Positions 46,576 through 59,922 of a stretch of 64,000 nt of DNA are shown here, one piece after another; the stretch's first letter is position 1, and each line of letters opens with the position of its first letter. The notes under the pieces are model-generated. The model was not told where the DNA came from. It did not search any database and saw nothing but the letters and a program-made list of their open reading frames with translations. The translations under genes were made by a program, and so were the position numbers. Origin of the DNA: Squalus acanthias (lineage: Eukaryota); NCBI GenBank assembly GCA_030390025.1, contig CM059432.1:148430001-148494000 (forward strand), written 5' to 3'.

Positions 46576-49470
46576 TCAAGCTATCCCACTCCCTATCACT
46601 CTGGTGTGCTCCATGTGCTTATCCAATAACCGCTTGAAAGTTCCTAAAGTGTCCGACTCCACTATCACAGCAGGCAGTCCATTCCACACCCCAACCACTC
46701 TCTGAGTAAAGAATCTACCTCGGACATCCCTTCTATATCTCCCCCCATGCACCTTATAGTTATGCCCCCTTGTAACAGCTGCCTCTACCCGAGGAAATAG
46801 TCTCTGAACATCCACTCTATCTATCCCCCTCATCATCTTATAAACCTCTATTAAGTCGCCTCTCATCCTCCTCCGCTCTAAAGAGAAAAGCCCCAACTCC
46901 CTCAATCTTTCCTCATAAGATCTCCCCCCCAAACCAGGCAGCATCCTGGTAAATCTCCTTTGCACTCTTTCCAATGCTTCCACGTCCTTCCTATAGTGAG
47001 GTGACCAGAACTGCACACAATATTCCAAATGTGGTCTCACCAAGGTCCTGTACAGTTGCAGCATAACCTCACGGTTCTTAAACTCAAACCCTCTGTTAAT
47101 AAACGCCAACACACCATAGGCCTTCTTTACTGCTCTATCCACTTGAGTGGCAACCTTCAGAGATCTGTGGATATGAACCCCCAGATCCCTCTGCTCCTCC
47201 ACGTTCCTCAGAACCCTGCCGTTGACCCTGTAATCCTTATTCAAATTTGCCCTACCAAAATGAATCACCTCGCACTTATCAGGGTTAAATTCCATCTGCC
47301 ATTTTTCGGCCCAGCTCTGCATCCTATCAATGTCTCTTTGCAGCCTACAACTGCCCTCCACCTCATCCACTACTCCACCAATCTTGGTGTCATCAGCAAA
47401 TTTACTGATCCACCCTTCAGTCCCCTCCTCCAAGTCATTGATAAAAATCACAAACAGCAGAGGACCCAGCACCGACCCCTGTGGCACACCGCTGGTAACT
47501 GGTCTCCAGTCCGAAAATGTTCCATCCACCACCACCCTCTGCCTTCTATGAGATAGCCAGTTACTTATCCAATCGGCCAAATTTCCCTCTATCCCACAAC
47601 TCCTTACTTTCTTCATGAGACGACCATGGGGAACCTTATCAAACGCCTTACTAAAATCCATGTATACGACATCAACTGCTCTACCTTCATCTACACACTT
47701 AGTTACCTCCTCAAAGAATTCAATCAAATTTGTTAGGCAAGACTTACCCTTCACGAATCCGTGTTGACTATCCCTGATTAAGTTGCCCCTTTCCAAATGG
47801 TCATAAATCCTATCCCTCAGGACCTTTTCCATTATCTTACCAACCACCGAAGTAAGACTAACCGGCCTATAATTACCAGGGTCATTCCTATTTCCTTTCT
47901 TGAAGAGAGGAACAACATTCGCCACTCTCCAGTCCTCTGGCACCATCCCCGTGGACAGTGAGGACCCAAAGATCAAAGCCAGAGGCTCTGCAATCTCCTC
48001 CCTTGCCTCCCAAAGAATCCTAGGATATATCCCATCTGGCCCAGGGGACTTATCGACCCTCAGGTTCTTCAAAATTGCTAAAACATCTTCCCTCAGAACA
48101 TCTACCACCTCCAGCCTATCCACCTTTATCACACTCTCATCCTCAAGAACATGGCCCCTCTCCTCGGTGAACACTGATGAAAAGTATTAATTCATCACCT
48201 CTCCTATCTCTTCTGACTCCATGCACAAGTTCCCACTACTGTCCTTGACCGGCCCTACCCTCACCCTGGTCATTCTTTTATTTCTCACATAAGAGTAAAA
48301 AGCCTTGGGGTTTTTCTTGATCCGACCCACCAAGGACTTCTCATGCCCCCTCCTAGCTCTCCTAAGCTCTTTTTTTAGCTCATTCCTTGCTACCTTGTAC
48401 CCCTCAATCGACCCAACTGAACCTTGTTTTCTCATCCTTACATACGCTTCCTTTTTCCTCTTGACTAGACATTCAACCTCTTTTGTGAACCATGGTTCTC
48501 TCACTCGGCCATTTCCTCCCTGCCTGACAGGGACATACCTATCAAGGACACGCAGTAATTGCTCCATGAAAAAGCTCCACTTTTCGTTTGTGCCTTTCCC
48601 TGATAGTTTCTGTTCCCATCTTATACTCCCTAAATCTTGCCTAATCGCATCATAATTACCCCTCCCCCAATTATAAACCCTACCCTGCCGTATGGCCCTA
48701 TCCCTCTCCATTGCAATAGTGAAAGTTACCGAATTGTGGTCACTATCTCCAAAGTGCTCTCCCACATACAAATCAAACACTTGGCCCGGTTCATTACCCA
48801 GTACCAAATCCAACGTGGCCCCACCTCTTGTCGGCCTATCCACATATTGTGTCAGGAAACCCTCCTGCACACACTGTGCAAAAACTATCCCATCCGAACT
48901 GTTTGACCTATAAAGGTTCCAATCAATATTTGGAACGTTGAAGTCACCCATGACAACTACTCTGTGACCTCCACACCTATTCATAATCTGCTTTGCAATT
49001 TCTTCCTCCACATCTTTATTACTATTTGGGGGCCTGTAGAAAACTCCTAACAACGTGACCGCTCCTTTCCTATTTCTAACTTCAGCCCATATTACCTCAG
49101 ACGGCAGATCCCCCTCGAACTGCCTTTCTGCCGCTGTTAAACTATCCTTGATTAACAATGCTACTCCTCCACCTTTCTTACCATCTTCCCTACTCTTACT
49201 GAAACATCTATACCCCGGAACTTCCAACAACCATTCCTGTCCCTGTTCTAACCATGTCTCCGTAATGGCCACCACATCGTAGTCCCAAGTACCAATCCAC
49301 GCTCCAAGTTCTCCTACCTTATTCCGGATGCTCCTTGCATTGAAGTAGACACACTTCAAGCCATCTTCCTGTCTGCCGGTACATTCCTGCGACCTTGATA
49401 CCCTCCTCAGTACCTCCCTACACTCACCACTGACTCGTGGACTACAGCCCTTTTTACCATCCCCCTGACA
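46576..49470 (-). pseudogene. CR1 ORF2 (APE endonuclease + reverse transcriptase) with one in-frame stop at 48187-48189
   Basis: YFNARS, ITETWL, MGDFN and SDHN (APE); DFSKAFDKVPH, GVPQGSVLGP and KFADD (RT). ORFs 48187-49593 and 46576-48174 are in the same frame. The start position is approximate. Confidence 0.9.
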
Positions 49471-49472
49471 AA

Positions 49473-50241
49473 TTAGTTTAAACCCCCCCGAAGAGCCGTA
49501 GCAAATTTCCCTCCCAGGATATTGGTGCCCCTCTGGTTCAGGTGCAAACCGTCCTGTTTGTACAGGTCCCACCTTCCCCAGAATGTGCTCCAATTATCCA
49601 CATAACTGAAACCCTCCCCCCTACACCATCCCTGCAGCCACGTGTTTATCTGCACTCTCTCCCTGTTCCTCAACTCGCTAGCACGTGGCACCGGCAACAA
49701 ACCAGAAATTACAACATGGTTTGTACTGGCTCTCAGCTTCCAACCTAGCTCCCTAAATTCCTGTTTTAAATCCCCGTCCCTTCTCCTACCTATGTCGTTG
49801 GTACCGATGTGTACCACGACTTGTGATTGTTCCCCTTCCCCTTTGAGGATTCTGAAAACACGGTCCGAGACGTCACGGACCCTGGCACCCGGGAGGCAAC
49901 ATACCATCCGTGAGTCTCTTTTGCTGCCACAGAACCTCCTATCTGTCCCTCTGACTATTGAGTCCCCAATAACTATTGCTCTCCTGCTCTCCCCCCTTCC
50001 CTTCTGAGCCACAGGGACCGACCCAGCGCCGGAGATCCGGTCACCGTGGCTTACCACTGGTAAGTCGTCCCCCTCAACAGTATTCAAAGCGGTATACCTG
50101 TTACTGAGGGGAACGACCACAGAGGATCCCTGCACTGACTGCTTCCTCCTAGCCCCTCTCACCGTCACCCATCTATCTTCATGCTTTGGAGTAATTACAT
50201 CCCTGAAGCTTCTATCTATGACCTCCTCTGCCTCCCGAATG
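49473..50241 (-). pseudogene. CR1 ORF1 C-terminal part (SGNH/GDSL esterase-like domain)
   Basis: VIGDSIVRG, CCLPGA, VHIGTNDIG and DGLHL blocks. Confidence 0.88.
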
Positions 50242-51510
50242 GCGGAGCAGGCTCGAGGGGCCGAATGACCGACTCCTGCTCCTACCACGTCTTATGTTCT
50301 TATGTAACCCATTGTGTAAGGCCCCCACCTAGTGAGGGTGGGGTCATGCAAAAGTTCCCCCATAGTATAAATCCAGAGTCAGGTCCTCCAACCTGATTCC
50401 AGGGCAAGGCAAAGTGAGATACCTCGGAAGAGAGAGTCTCACTCCATTTCCACCCAAGTTAGCTCAGACCCGTTCACACCAGCTCAATAGTGGTCATGCA
50501 GATACAACTAAAGAGTGACATTGGCAAAAGTCTTGGGGCAGGCAGCCATCTTGGTTATTCAAACAGAGGCTGGCTCTTCCAGTGGGTTAAGGCATAAAGA
50601 CCAGCAGGGTTCCAGGTTCAATTCTCCTCTGTGCCAAGTTAGCTGATCGGAGTCAGGCTGGCAGCAGAAGGCACGACAAATGGCCTCAACACCCTTTAAG
50701 GAAGGAAAGTCCAAGGGAATACTTTATAAAGGTGATCCTGTATTCCCATTCCATTAACGTTATAGCCTTATCTCTGACCGGCGCTCTTTGCAAGCACACT
50801 TCTTCACTGGGAGTGCAGGATTATGGAATCGCCCTTATGTTCAAGATATGCAGCATATTTTGTCAGTGTGTGTTTTCCTGGGCTCTGGATCAGCGCCCAG
50901 ACAGTGCCGAAGGGAAGGTTCATGTTTAAATTCCAGGATGCAGATGGGTCCCCTCCCTTTAGTGGTCACATTAATAGGAGGGTGCCTGAAGTAACTGGTC
51001 TCCACTGCTAGAGCAAATCTAATACCCGTTTTTAAACATCAGGAAATATGCTTAGGAACAAAGGGGGTGACTTTACAAGGGAGTTCTCCGGCTTGTCCAC
51101 CGAAACTTTAGCAGAAGAGCTGTGGAAATCCTGGAAGAATGACATCATCTCCATTTGCATCGTTTTTTTCCTCTGCTCTTCGTCAAAGTTACGATGGACA
51201 AGTGGGATAACCCCAAGGAAATCTATTAACATACATAATGGTCGAGTACTTTGAACAAGGAGGGCCTCTTGCCCCTATAATGCAGCCATCAGTCTGAAGT
51301 TCTTTGACACATTCAAACAGCACAACCGAAAATCAATCTATGGATTTTTAAAGAACAGATTGTTAAGAGAAAGATTTTTGTATCATGACGTGCTGTTTAG
51401 TTTTTTATTCAATTCCCTTAACAACAGCACTCACAATCAGAGTAGACAATGGGAGATGAAAACCATGTTTTGTCCACTGTAGTATGCCAAGTGAAGTCAG
51501 TAAAAAAAGA

Positions 51511-51905
51511 ACCTGCATTTATATAGCTTCTTTCATGTCCTCAGGATGTCCCAAAACACTTCACTGTCAAAAAAACTTTCTTCTGAAGGGTAAGCACGGC
51601 AGCACAGCAAGATCCCGCAAACAGCCACAAAGGTAAACGAGCAGGTGATCTGCTTTTTGATGTTGATTGAGGGGTAAATGTTGGCAAGGGCAACCCTCCG
51701 CTCTTCGAATAGTGCCGTGGGATTTTTTTACATCTCACCCAAACAGACAGACGTCTCAACTAAAAGACGGCACCTCCGACAACCCAGCATTCCCTCAGTA
51801 CTGCACTGAAGTGTCAGCCTGGAGACAATGTGCGAGTCCTTAGCGAGCAGCTTGGCCCACGACCTTCTGAGTCAGAGATAAGAATGCTACCCACTGAGCT
51901 AAGCT
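51511..51905 (-). mobile_element. SacSINE1-like Deu-domain SINE
   Basis: Tail, Deu-like core (aaagacggcacctccgac...ccctcagtactgcactg) and tRNA-like head, colinear with the 63242 and 52783 copies. Confidence 0.7.
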
Positions 51906-52782
51906 GGCACTGTAAACGGAATTTTAGATTGAGGATAGCTATGCCATTTAATGGTGCCAGAGTGTGAATGCAAACCTGCAGCTTGGTTGTGCCAAGGGGA
52001 CCACGAAGAACCAGTGCTAAAGTGAATATGTTGAGTGGTTATCTGAAGCTGGCTGTACGAATAAAACCGCAGTAAAGGAACCTTACCCACTCCCTGTATA
52101 TACAGCCACTGGATCTCTTCTGAAGCCTCTGGCTGTTAATATTGATACAATAAACATAATATAGTCCTGATTTTTTGAGATTTCCACTGCTCGCATCCAT
52201 TCTTCCTCAGCCTCCCTGAAATCACGTGGTATTTAAAACTGTAAGAGCAGCATGATCCCAACACTGCGGCCACTGGGAGACACCAAGAGCAGCCAAGGGA
52301 TCATTCACGAATTTCCCCTTCACAGTCTGAGAAGAAGTTTTGCCTCTACACAGTAGCTCCATACATCAGCATGGCTGAGATGGGGAGCTCACCAGAGTAG
52401 GAGATGGAGCCCGAGTCCCAGCATGCTATAGCGCCATAATATAGAGCTTCAAAGCAGTGCACAATCACACTATCATCTTTGATAACACTCTTAAAGTCAG
52501 AAAAGTAAAGATGTGCTTTAATTGTCTGTTCCACCTTCCAGTTCTATATGCTTTGCTTTCAGGTCACCAGCTTTAAGGTGGTGTCCTTGTTCATCCTACT
52601 GATTAGGTTCATTGGCCTGATACCTTGAGATTTACAAAAAGTACACTATACAGTACTACCGGGTCAATGTCAGAGAGCAGCACTGTACACACGCACTAAA
52701 TGGCGAACATTACAATGAGTGCAAACTCTGCTCGTCAAGCAGATACAGGATACACAGGAACAAAAATCCTTGACCGTAATTT

Positions 52783-53003
52783 GTCAGCGGTAGCATACTT
52801 GCCTCTGCAGAAGGTCATGGGTTCAAGCCCCACTCCAGGATTTGAGCATATAATCTAGGCTGACATTTCAGTGCAGTGCTGAGGGAGTGCTGCACTGTAG
52901 GAGGTGCCATCTTTCAGATGAGACATTAAATCAAGTCTGTCTGCTTTAATGGAAATTAAAAGATGCCGTGGCATTATTCAAAGATGAGCAGGGAATTTTC
53001 CTA
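52783..53003 (+). mobile_element. SacSINE1-like SINE, 5' half
   Basis: B-box-like ggttcaagccc, then cagtgctgagggagtgctgcactgt.ggaggtgcc.tcttt..gatgagac. Confidence 0.72.
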
Positions 53004-53006
53004 GTA

Positions 53007-53431
53007 CTGGAAGCGCTCCCCCTCCTTCTTGGGGCGCTCCCATTCAATATTGCAGCACTACGTGTGTCGGCACATAGCGCCGCGGTACTGCAGGCCTCCC
53101 TCCCCTGATTAAAGGAGAGGGGCCTAGCGCACCGCGCACCGGGGCCCTGCTAGACCACCGGGGAGCGGGGTGCCGGCAAAAGAGCCCGGCACTCTCCCCG
53201 CAGGAGGAGGCCAGAGGGGGCAGGTGCTGGCAGGAGGCCCAAAAGAAAAGGTCGCCCGGCACCTGCCCTTTAATTTACACCCCCCTGATCCTGTCGGACA
53301 TAGCTGAATTTCGTGGGAAGCGTTAGTGGCGCTGTGCCCGGGCGAAAGGTGCTTTGCGCCCCCCCACCCCCCCGATAGCGCCCCCTTGCGGGGCGATAAC
53401 AGGAGGCGCAAAGCAACCGAATTTTTCCCCC
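53007..53431. mobile_element. MITE family M2, partial copy
   Basis: Colinear with 8878-9430; ends CAACCGAATTTTTCCCCC. Confidence 0.72.
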
Positions 53432-53580
53432 GTTGACTTTAACTGCAGAAAGCCTGAGGTTTGAAAAGGGTAAATTAACCAACTGTCGTCTTTTATACAA
53501 TTATTATGCTGTATAATGTCTATCCATAGGCTCACATTTATACATCATATAACTGTAAATTAATTTAATTAGCACTCTTA

Positions 53581-54363
53581 GAGGGAAAAATTCAGTTGAT
53601 TTGCGACACCCATTAGCGCCATAAGAGGGCGCTAACGGGGCGCAAAGCAACTAGCGCCCGGGCGCGGCGCCGCTAACGCCTCACGCGAAATTCAGCGGGA
53701 GGTTAGCTTGGCGGTAACCGTTAGCACCCTGCGGCGCTGCGCCTCCGGCGATGACGTCATCACCGTCCCGCTCGCGCCCCGGCCGCGATCTTCTGTAGCG
53801 CCCCCGACTTACCGCCGGATGCTATGTCCGACGGGGTCAGGGGGGCCTAACTGCGGCCGGGGCGGTGCTAATTAAAGGGGAGGTGCCGGGCGGCCATTTT
53901 TGTTGCTGGCCGCCTGCCAGCACCTGCCCCCGTTGCCGTCCCCGGCCTCCTCTGCAGCCCCCCCCCGCGGAGTGCCGGCTGCGCTCCGTGAACCCGCCAC
54001 TTCTCTTGAGTGCCGGGCTCTTTTGCCGGCACTCCGATCCCTGGTGGCCCAGCTGGGCCCCGGGTCACCCTGCGCTAGGCCCCGCCCCTTTAATAAGGGG
54101 AGGAAGGCCTGCAATACTGTAGCGCGACGTGCCACATCACGTGGCGCTGCTGCATGTAGCGCCGCGATATTCACTCGTAGCACCGCGATATTCACTCACA
54201 GCGCCCCAAGAGGGAGGCGGGGCGCTACCAGTAACGCCCCGCCTCCCTCTTGGTGTGCTACCAGTGAATTTCGGGCGCGGGGGCGCTAATTTTTTCAGGG
54301 CGCTAAAACTAGCGCCCCGGCGAAGTTAGCGCCCCAAAAGAGGCGCGACCCAATTTTGCCCCC
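53581..54363. mobile_element. MITE family M2, complete copy (Tourist-like)
   Basis: TTA TSD at 53578-53580 and 54364-54366. The first ~90 bp match the Harbinger B right end. Confidence 0.88.
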
Positions 54364-55557
54364 TTAGCCTTTAAGAACGAAGCCTTCCATCTTGACAGGC
54401 AATGTAGTGGGAATCTTATTCCCAACTTTCCTGGATTACCTGGAAGTCTCCCGGTATGGGGCATGGATCTTCTGGGCAGCCCGGGAGATCTTCATGCTTT
54501 AAATTCCCCACCCTGCTCCGTGATATCATCAGCTGCTGCTCAGAGAAACCTCCGGCTCGGTGATGTCACTAACCCCCCACCATCACACAGAGCCGAGAAA
54601 CAGCCAGGATGGTCGGCAATCAGCGCGTGCTCCGGAATCGGGAGGAGACTGGGGATAGGGTCTCAGGCGGAGAAGAGAGAGAGAGACTGGGAGTTAGGTG
54701 GACTGGGGCTCGAGCAGAGGGCAGAGACGAGACTGGAGAATAGGGGCAGAGGGAGTGAGAGGGGGACTGGGGGTTGGCGTCTCAAACGGAAGGGAGAGCG
54801 GGGGGGGGAATAGGATGGGCGTGGGGACCAGCATTTTCTGCACAGCCGGGAGCAGCAATGTGGTGAGTGGGAGCGGTAGAGAGAGTAGAGCTGCCAGCAA
54901 TGGAGTGAGTGAAACCTGGGACATTACTGTGGGTAAACAGTGAATGGTTGGTTCCACTGGTCACTGACAGAGGGGATAGAGACCGAGGATCCCCACTGGA
55001 AGAACCAAGGAGGAAGAGAGAAGAAACGTACTTGAACTGAGGACTATTCAACCATGGGATGCTTCATTACAAGTGGCTATTGAAATAGAGATTAGAACAT
55101 CATTGAAAAGGGAATGGGATAAATATTTGAAAAGGAGGACTATAAAAGGATCTGCGGGGGAATGAAGTTACAGGATGACCTCCTCCTGTGCTATCATTTC
55201 TATCATTCTATGAAAACTTTCCTTTATGGAGTCCAAGCCCAGGAGTGCTTTCGAAATGTTGGTGCTGAGCTGATGTGCTGTGTGTTAAATGTCCCAAACA
55301 CCGAGGCCACTGCCCTTTGTGCGATCTTTCAGATTAGTTCAGGTCTCTATGCCGGCCAGTTTTGACGTGTGATGTTCAAGTACAGGTTGGTTCTGACCGA
55401 GGCTTCCAGCTCAGAGTTGTCACTTTTGTACAGAAGCGGAGTTCAGACTAGAGTCCGAGGAGATAGGGAGAGAGAGATGGGGCCTGTTAAAAGTGGGAGC
55501 CTGACCACACCTTGTCCCTGCAGGGGGATTCTGGTTGTAATTTCAACGGATGATAAG

Positions 55558-55737
55558 ATTACTACTCGTTAAAGGTAGGATATCAGGGAATTACATCTAT
55601 TACTACCAGTTAAATATGGACTATCAGTGAATTATTGTATTACTTTTGGTTATGAGGGGAATCGGAGTGTTACCAGTATTACTATTAGTTATTGGTGCAA
55701 TTTCAGTGAGTTACTATTAGTTACTGGTGGAATCAAA
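55558..55737. repeat. Degenerate ~40-bp tandem repeat
   Basis: Recurring ttacta..agtta...atcagtgaatta motif. Confidence 0.5.
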
Positions 55738-56904
55738 TATCCGCCCACCTCTGGTTTCTCCTCTGTAAACTGCACCCCCACCCTTGGTTCCCCTCATTCC
55801 TACCCTCGGATTCCCTTCTTCCCCTGCGCACGAGTGGCCTCCTGATCCTCAGAATTTCTTGCCCAACAGTTGCTGGCACGAAACCACGAGCCAAGACACT
55901 CAACTATAGGGCACCCAACCTTTATAATGTTTGCAGATTTGCAGATGTCATGTGATTAGATGGTGCATGATCAGATGTCACATGGTCAGATGCCATGTGG
56001 TCAGAATGTCACATGCTCAACACTCCAGGAATGACTCCACCCAGAGCTGGGAACCCTAACATGACTTTGAGGTTGAAGTGTTACTGCTAAGTTGGGTAAT
56101 CCCTGGGCTAATGCTAACTTAGAATGACAGAAGTGCAAGAGACCAGTTTCAGATTGTAAGGACACAATCTACCTATAGAAACATTCAGCCGATTTCCATA
56201 AATGGTGTTAGAATAAACCCAAATTATTAACTCAAGAATGTCAATTTTAACTACAGTTGATTTTTGACCCAGTTTCCTAGGTGATGACACTGGCTTGAAC
56301 TTCCCCGCGACACACTGTCGTTGTAAATATGTTCTGTTAACATTACTGAGTGCTGCAAAATCTGGTTTTTATTTCGGCTCTGGATAATACAAAAAACTTG
56401 TTTCAAATACATATGTACGTGAAGAGGTCGAACAGAAATGTCACTAACTAGCCGGTGAGTTGGTGGTAATTTTTCTCCACGTTTATATTTATATGTTTAT
56501 TCAGTATCTATGGAATCCTGAACTGAAACTGCAGATTGTTTCGAATCCTGCTTTTAATCAGCAGGGAGTGACCTCTTGACTCTAACATGTACTGGAAGGG
56601 TCAGCCAAGCCGAACTAAATGCCTGAAATGACCCAAAATGACCTGAACCGGGCCATTTTGGGTTGAAACACAAATACCCAAATTTAGCCCAATCCTGACC
56701 CCTTCAATATAATATGGCAGCATGAATACTTGGGGACGTAAGGATGTGCAAAGTCATTAATGCCAATTCGCTCTGTGATCCACTGAAGCTCACTTCTCCA
56801 CTAAATCTTTCTTGCCATCATATCCTCTATTTTGAACAACCCCAATGTCGCATCCTCTAATGTTTTCCTTGATAAATTATTCCAAACATTTACCATTGTG
56901 AGTC

Positions 56905-57274
56905 AGGGTTGGCCTGGAGTCTCCAGGAATTGCAGACTGATTTCTGGGATACTGCTGCGAGCAGCCCTGCAGTAAAAATCATCGGGGCACCAAAAAATAA
57001 TTGTGATTTTTTTTTCATTTTCTTTGAACAGTTCTGTTTATTAGTTATAGAAGTATTGCAGATGGGGGGAAAAAAAGCTGTTTGACTGACAGTCCAGAAT
57101 CATCCAATTGGTACTGAGAGTCTTTTCACTTTCTGATTGGTGTGGAAGGCAGTGCACCATGGGGAGAGATGTGTTGGGCGACCAATGGTGGGAGTGCGGG
57201 GGCAGGGCCGTTGGCGGCACGAGGTCACGTGATGAAAACTCCTGGAATACATTCAACCAGAGCTCACAACCCTA
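56905..57274. mobile_element. Non-autonomous DNA element relic with (T/C)AGGGTTG-type ends
   Basis: cagggttg... and ...caacccta ends; superfamily uncertain. Confidence 0.4.
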
Positions 57275-58220
57275 CTCTGAGCAGAGATTCCAGCATCTAT
57301 AGTGGGAATTTCTCATGTAATGTGTCACGCTGTAATTACACCCTCCTGCCAGTGGTGGCGCTGTGGCACCTTTAGTTTTGTGTCTCCCAGCTCCTTGGCC
57401 ATTATTGCAGAGATACTCCCACTGCTCCAACCAGCTTTGCTTCCCAAAGTTTCCTGAGCTTTGCTGCAAGATTCTATGGTTTAAAAATTCCTCCCCGGTT
57501 GGACTGGGCGGCCTTTGGTGTCGTGTGACCCTGACTTCCATCGGCACCCCCCCCCCCCCCCCAAAAAAAAACTGACCAGGGTCTGCACCCGAAGCAGTAG
57601 CCTACCCTTCTCCTCACGCACGCATGTCAACAGTCCTGCTGTGCATTTTCAGCATTATCCGTCTGTTTCTGCCATTTGTGGGTCATTCCTGAGAAAATGT
57701 TGACCTTTCTTTCTCTGAGATGCGTTTCCAAGTTAATATTTTTTTGTTGTTGCAATCTCCGGCTACTGAGGAGAATCTCCTCGTCCTTTTCCCGTCTTCC
57801 TGTCTATTTTGCGGGGGGGGGGGGGGGGGGGGGGAGGAATTCACTTGTTCATTCCCGTGACTGAGCCGCTGAGAGGCCGCGTCAGTCAGCTACTTTTGGG
57901 AATGGGACTGACTGGATTGCTCTGCAGAGAGCCGGCACGGACTCAATGGTCCGAATGGCCTCCTTCTGGGCCGTTATGACTCTATTCCAGCCCCACCCCC
58001 TGCCAAGACATCCTGCTCTGGCAGTAATGTCACCATTAGAGCAGTGGACCCGCCCGAGTGATCTGTCGCTGATGTCAAGCGAGCTCTCCGGGGTTGACAT
58101 TACTTACATTTCTAAAGTGGGATTTCCGCCCGGGCTGGAGAAATGGTGGCTTCTGTGGGCATCAGACACCTGCGGCAGCTTAAAGGGACAGGCAGCCGTG
58201 GTGATCAAAATGGCGACGTG

Positions 58221-58720
58221 AGGTAAAACTTTTTTTACGCAGCGAGTGGTTCTGATCTGATCTGGAATGCACTGCCTGAAAGGGCGGTGGAGGCAGATTC
58301 AATCGTGGCTTTCAAAAGGGGAATTGGAATAAGTACCTGAAGTATATTCCAGATCCTAACACATCGTTACGTTAAAAAAAAAATCTCACCTACCCTCTGG
58401 TTCTTTTGCCAATTCCCGTTAATCTGTGTCCTCTGGTTACTGACCCTCCTGCCAGTGGAAACAGTTTCTCCTTATTTACCCTATCAAAACCCTGCATCAT
58501 TTTGAACACCTCTATTAAATCTCCCCTTCGCCTTCACTGCTCTCAGGAGGACAAGCCCAGCTTCTCCAGATAAATGTAGTCCCTCATCCCTGGTATCATT
58601 CTGGTAAATCTCCTCTGCACCCTCTCCAAGGCCTTGACATGCTTCCTGAAGTGTGTTGCCCAGAATTGGACACAATACTCCAGCTGAGGCCTACCAGTTA
58701 TTTATAACGGGGTAGCATAA
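58221..58720. mobile_element. Two CR1 fragments joined in inverted orientation (+ 58221-58342, - 58343-58720)
   Basis: Both cover the FFTQRVV.IWN region, on opposite strands. Confidence 0.7.
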
Positions 58721-59164
58721 TATGGAATCTAGTATAATATGGGAACAATCATGAGCTGATAAACATTAATCAACAGATCCAGAGCAGACAACCTGTACAG
58801 CCTGACCCAATATCAGAAGGATTCATCCCTATCGTTGGTGCTCCTGTGACTGTCCTCCACACCTCTTTATAAGGCATGGACTTGAACTCTGGTGTTGTCT
58901 TTCAAACTGTCCGTGGTTGCTCATTCATCGACTTGTTCTGCGTCATGGGTTGCAGGTTGTGGATGCCGTTGGCTTATTCAAGGATTAGCTCATCCGCCGT
59001 TTGATGACATTTCCTCCAACAAGGGCCCCACTACTTTCCTCCAGCTGCTCATTCACTCAAAGTCATTGGCACTTTCCAGATGTGGCCAGGTTAACCGCCA
59101 CCCAGCACTCGATGCTGACCAATCACAGGCAGTACCATCTACTGTCATTACGGTAGCAGGTTTC

Positions 59165-59326
59165 GTCAACCCAAGCACCCCACCCAGCCGCCCCTTCAAC
59201 CACCGTCTGCCCCACCTGTGACAGAGACTGTAGGTCCCGCATTGGGCTCATCAGTCACCTGAGAACTCATTTTTAGTGTGGAAGCAATTCATCCTCGGTT
59301 CCGAGGGACTGCCTAAGAAGAAGAAG
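59165..59326 (+). mobile_element. RTE 3' end (same family as 12557)
   Basis: Near identical to 12859-13015, with an (AAG)n tail. Confidence 0.88.
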
Positions 59327-59922
59327 CGGTTTTAACACCTGACCTGATTCCAATTGGGAAGGTTAGGCTTGTTTAATCATCACTCAATATATACAGATTA
59401 TATTATTTCCTACTAACTAACTCAATAAAATCTACAGTGATTACAAAGTAATTGCTAATCCCACTATACAGTCGCTATTATACATCAATAAAACAGACAA
59501 TCCAATCCACCTTAATCGCTACAATTGACCAAATACTGACCCAACACGAAACAAAAACACTCTTGTGAATTCCACATTATAAAACATATCAGATACCATG
59601 GGAGTGATATTAAGATTGTAATTTATTTAAATTTGTGGGCAGACGAATCAGTTTCCATCTATCCAGCGCTCTTACAGACAGAATAAAGTCAATTTCCGAT
59701 AGTGAAAGTCTAAACATCTTTTTCTGGAGTCTAGATAATAAGTCAGTGCTTTTCTATCACCGCCAGAGTTTGCTGTTTCCATTAGTGGTAATGGGCCTAT
59801 TGTATTTAGGCCGTGATTCTGAAAGCTATCTGATGTCATGTGCAGCACCATCAAAATAATGATTCATTCAAGTCACTATCTTTTATCCCAGGGCCCTAAT
59901 CAATTAGTTAATATTGAACTTT

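Larger units (their letters stand above)
46508..50241 (-). mobile_element. Well-preserved CR1 LINE, 5'-truncated within ORF1
   Basis: ORF1 esterase, APE endonuclease and RT in order, followed by a 3' UTR. Confidence 0.95.

Noticed and set aside
52783..52850. tRNA gene
   Set aside because: It is the tRNA-derived head of a SINE that continues directly into the SINE body; no cloverleaf.
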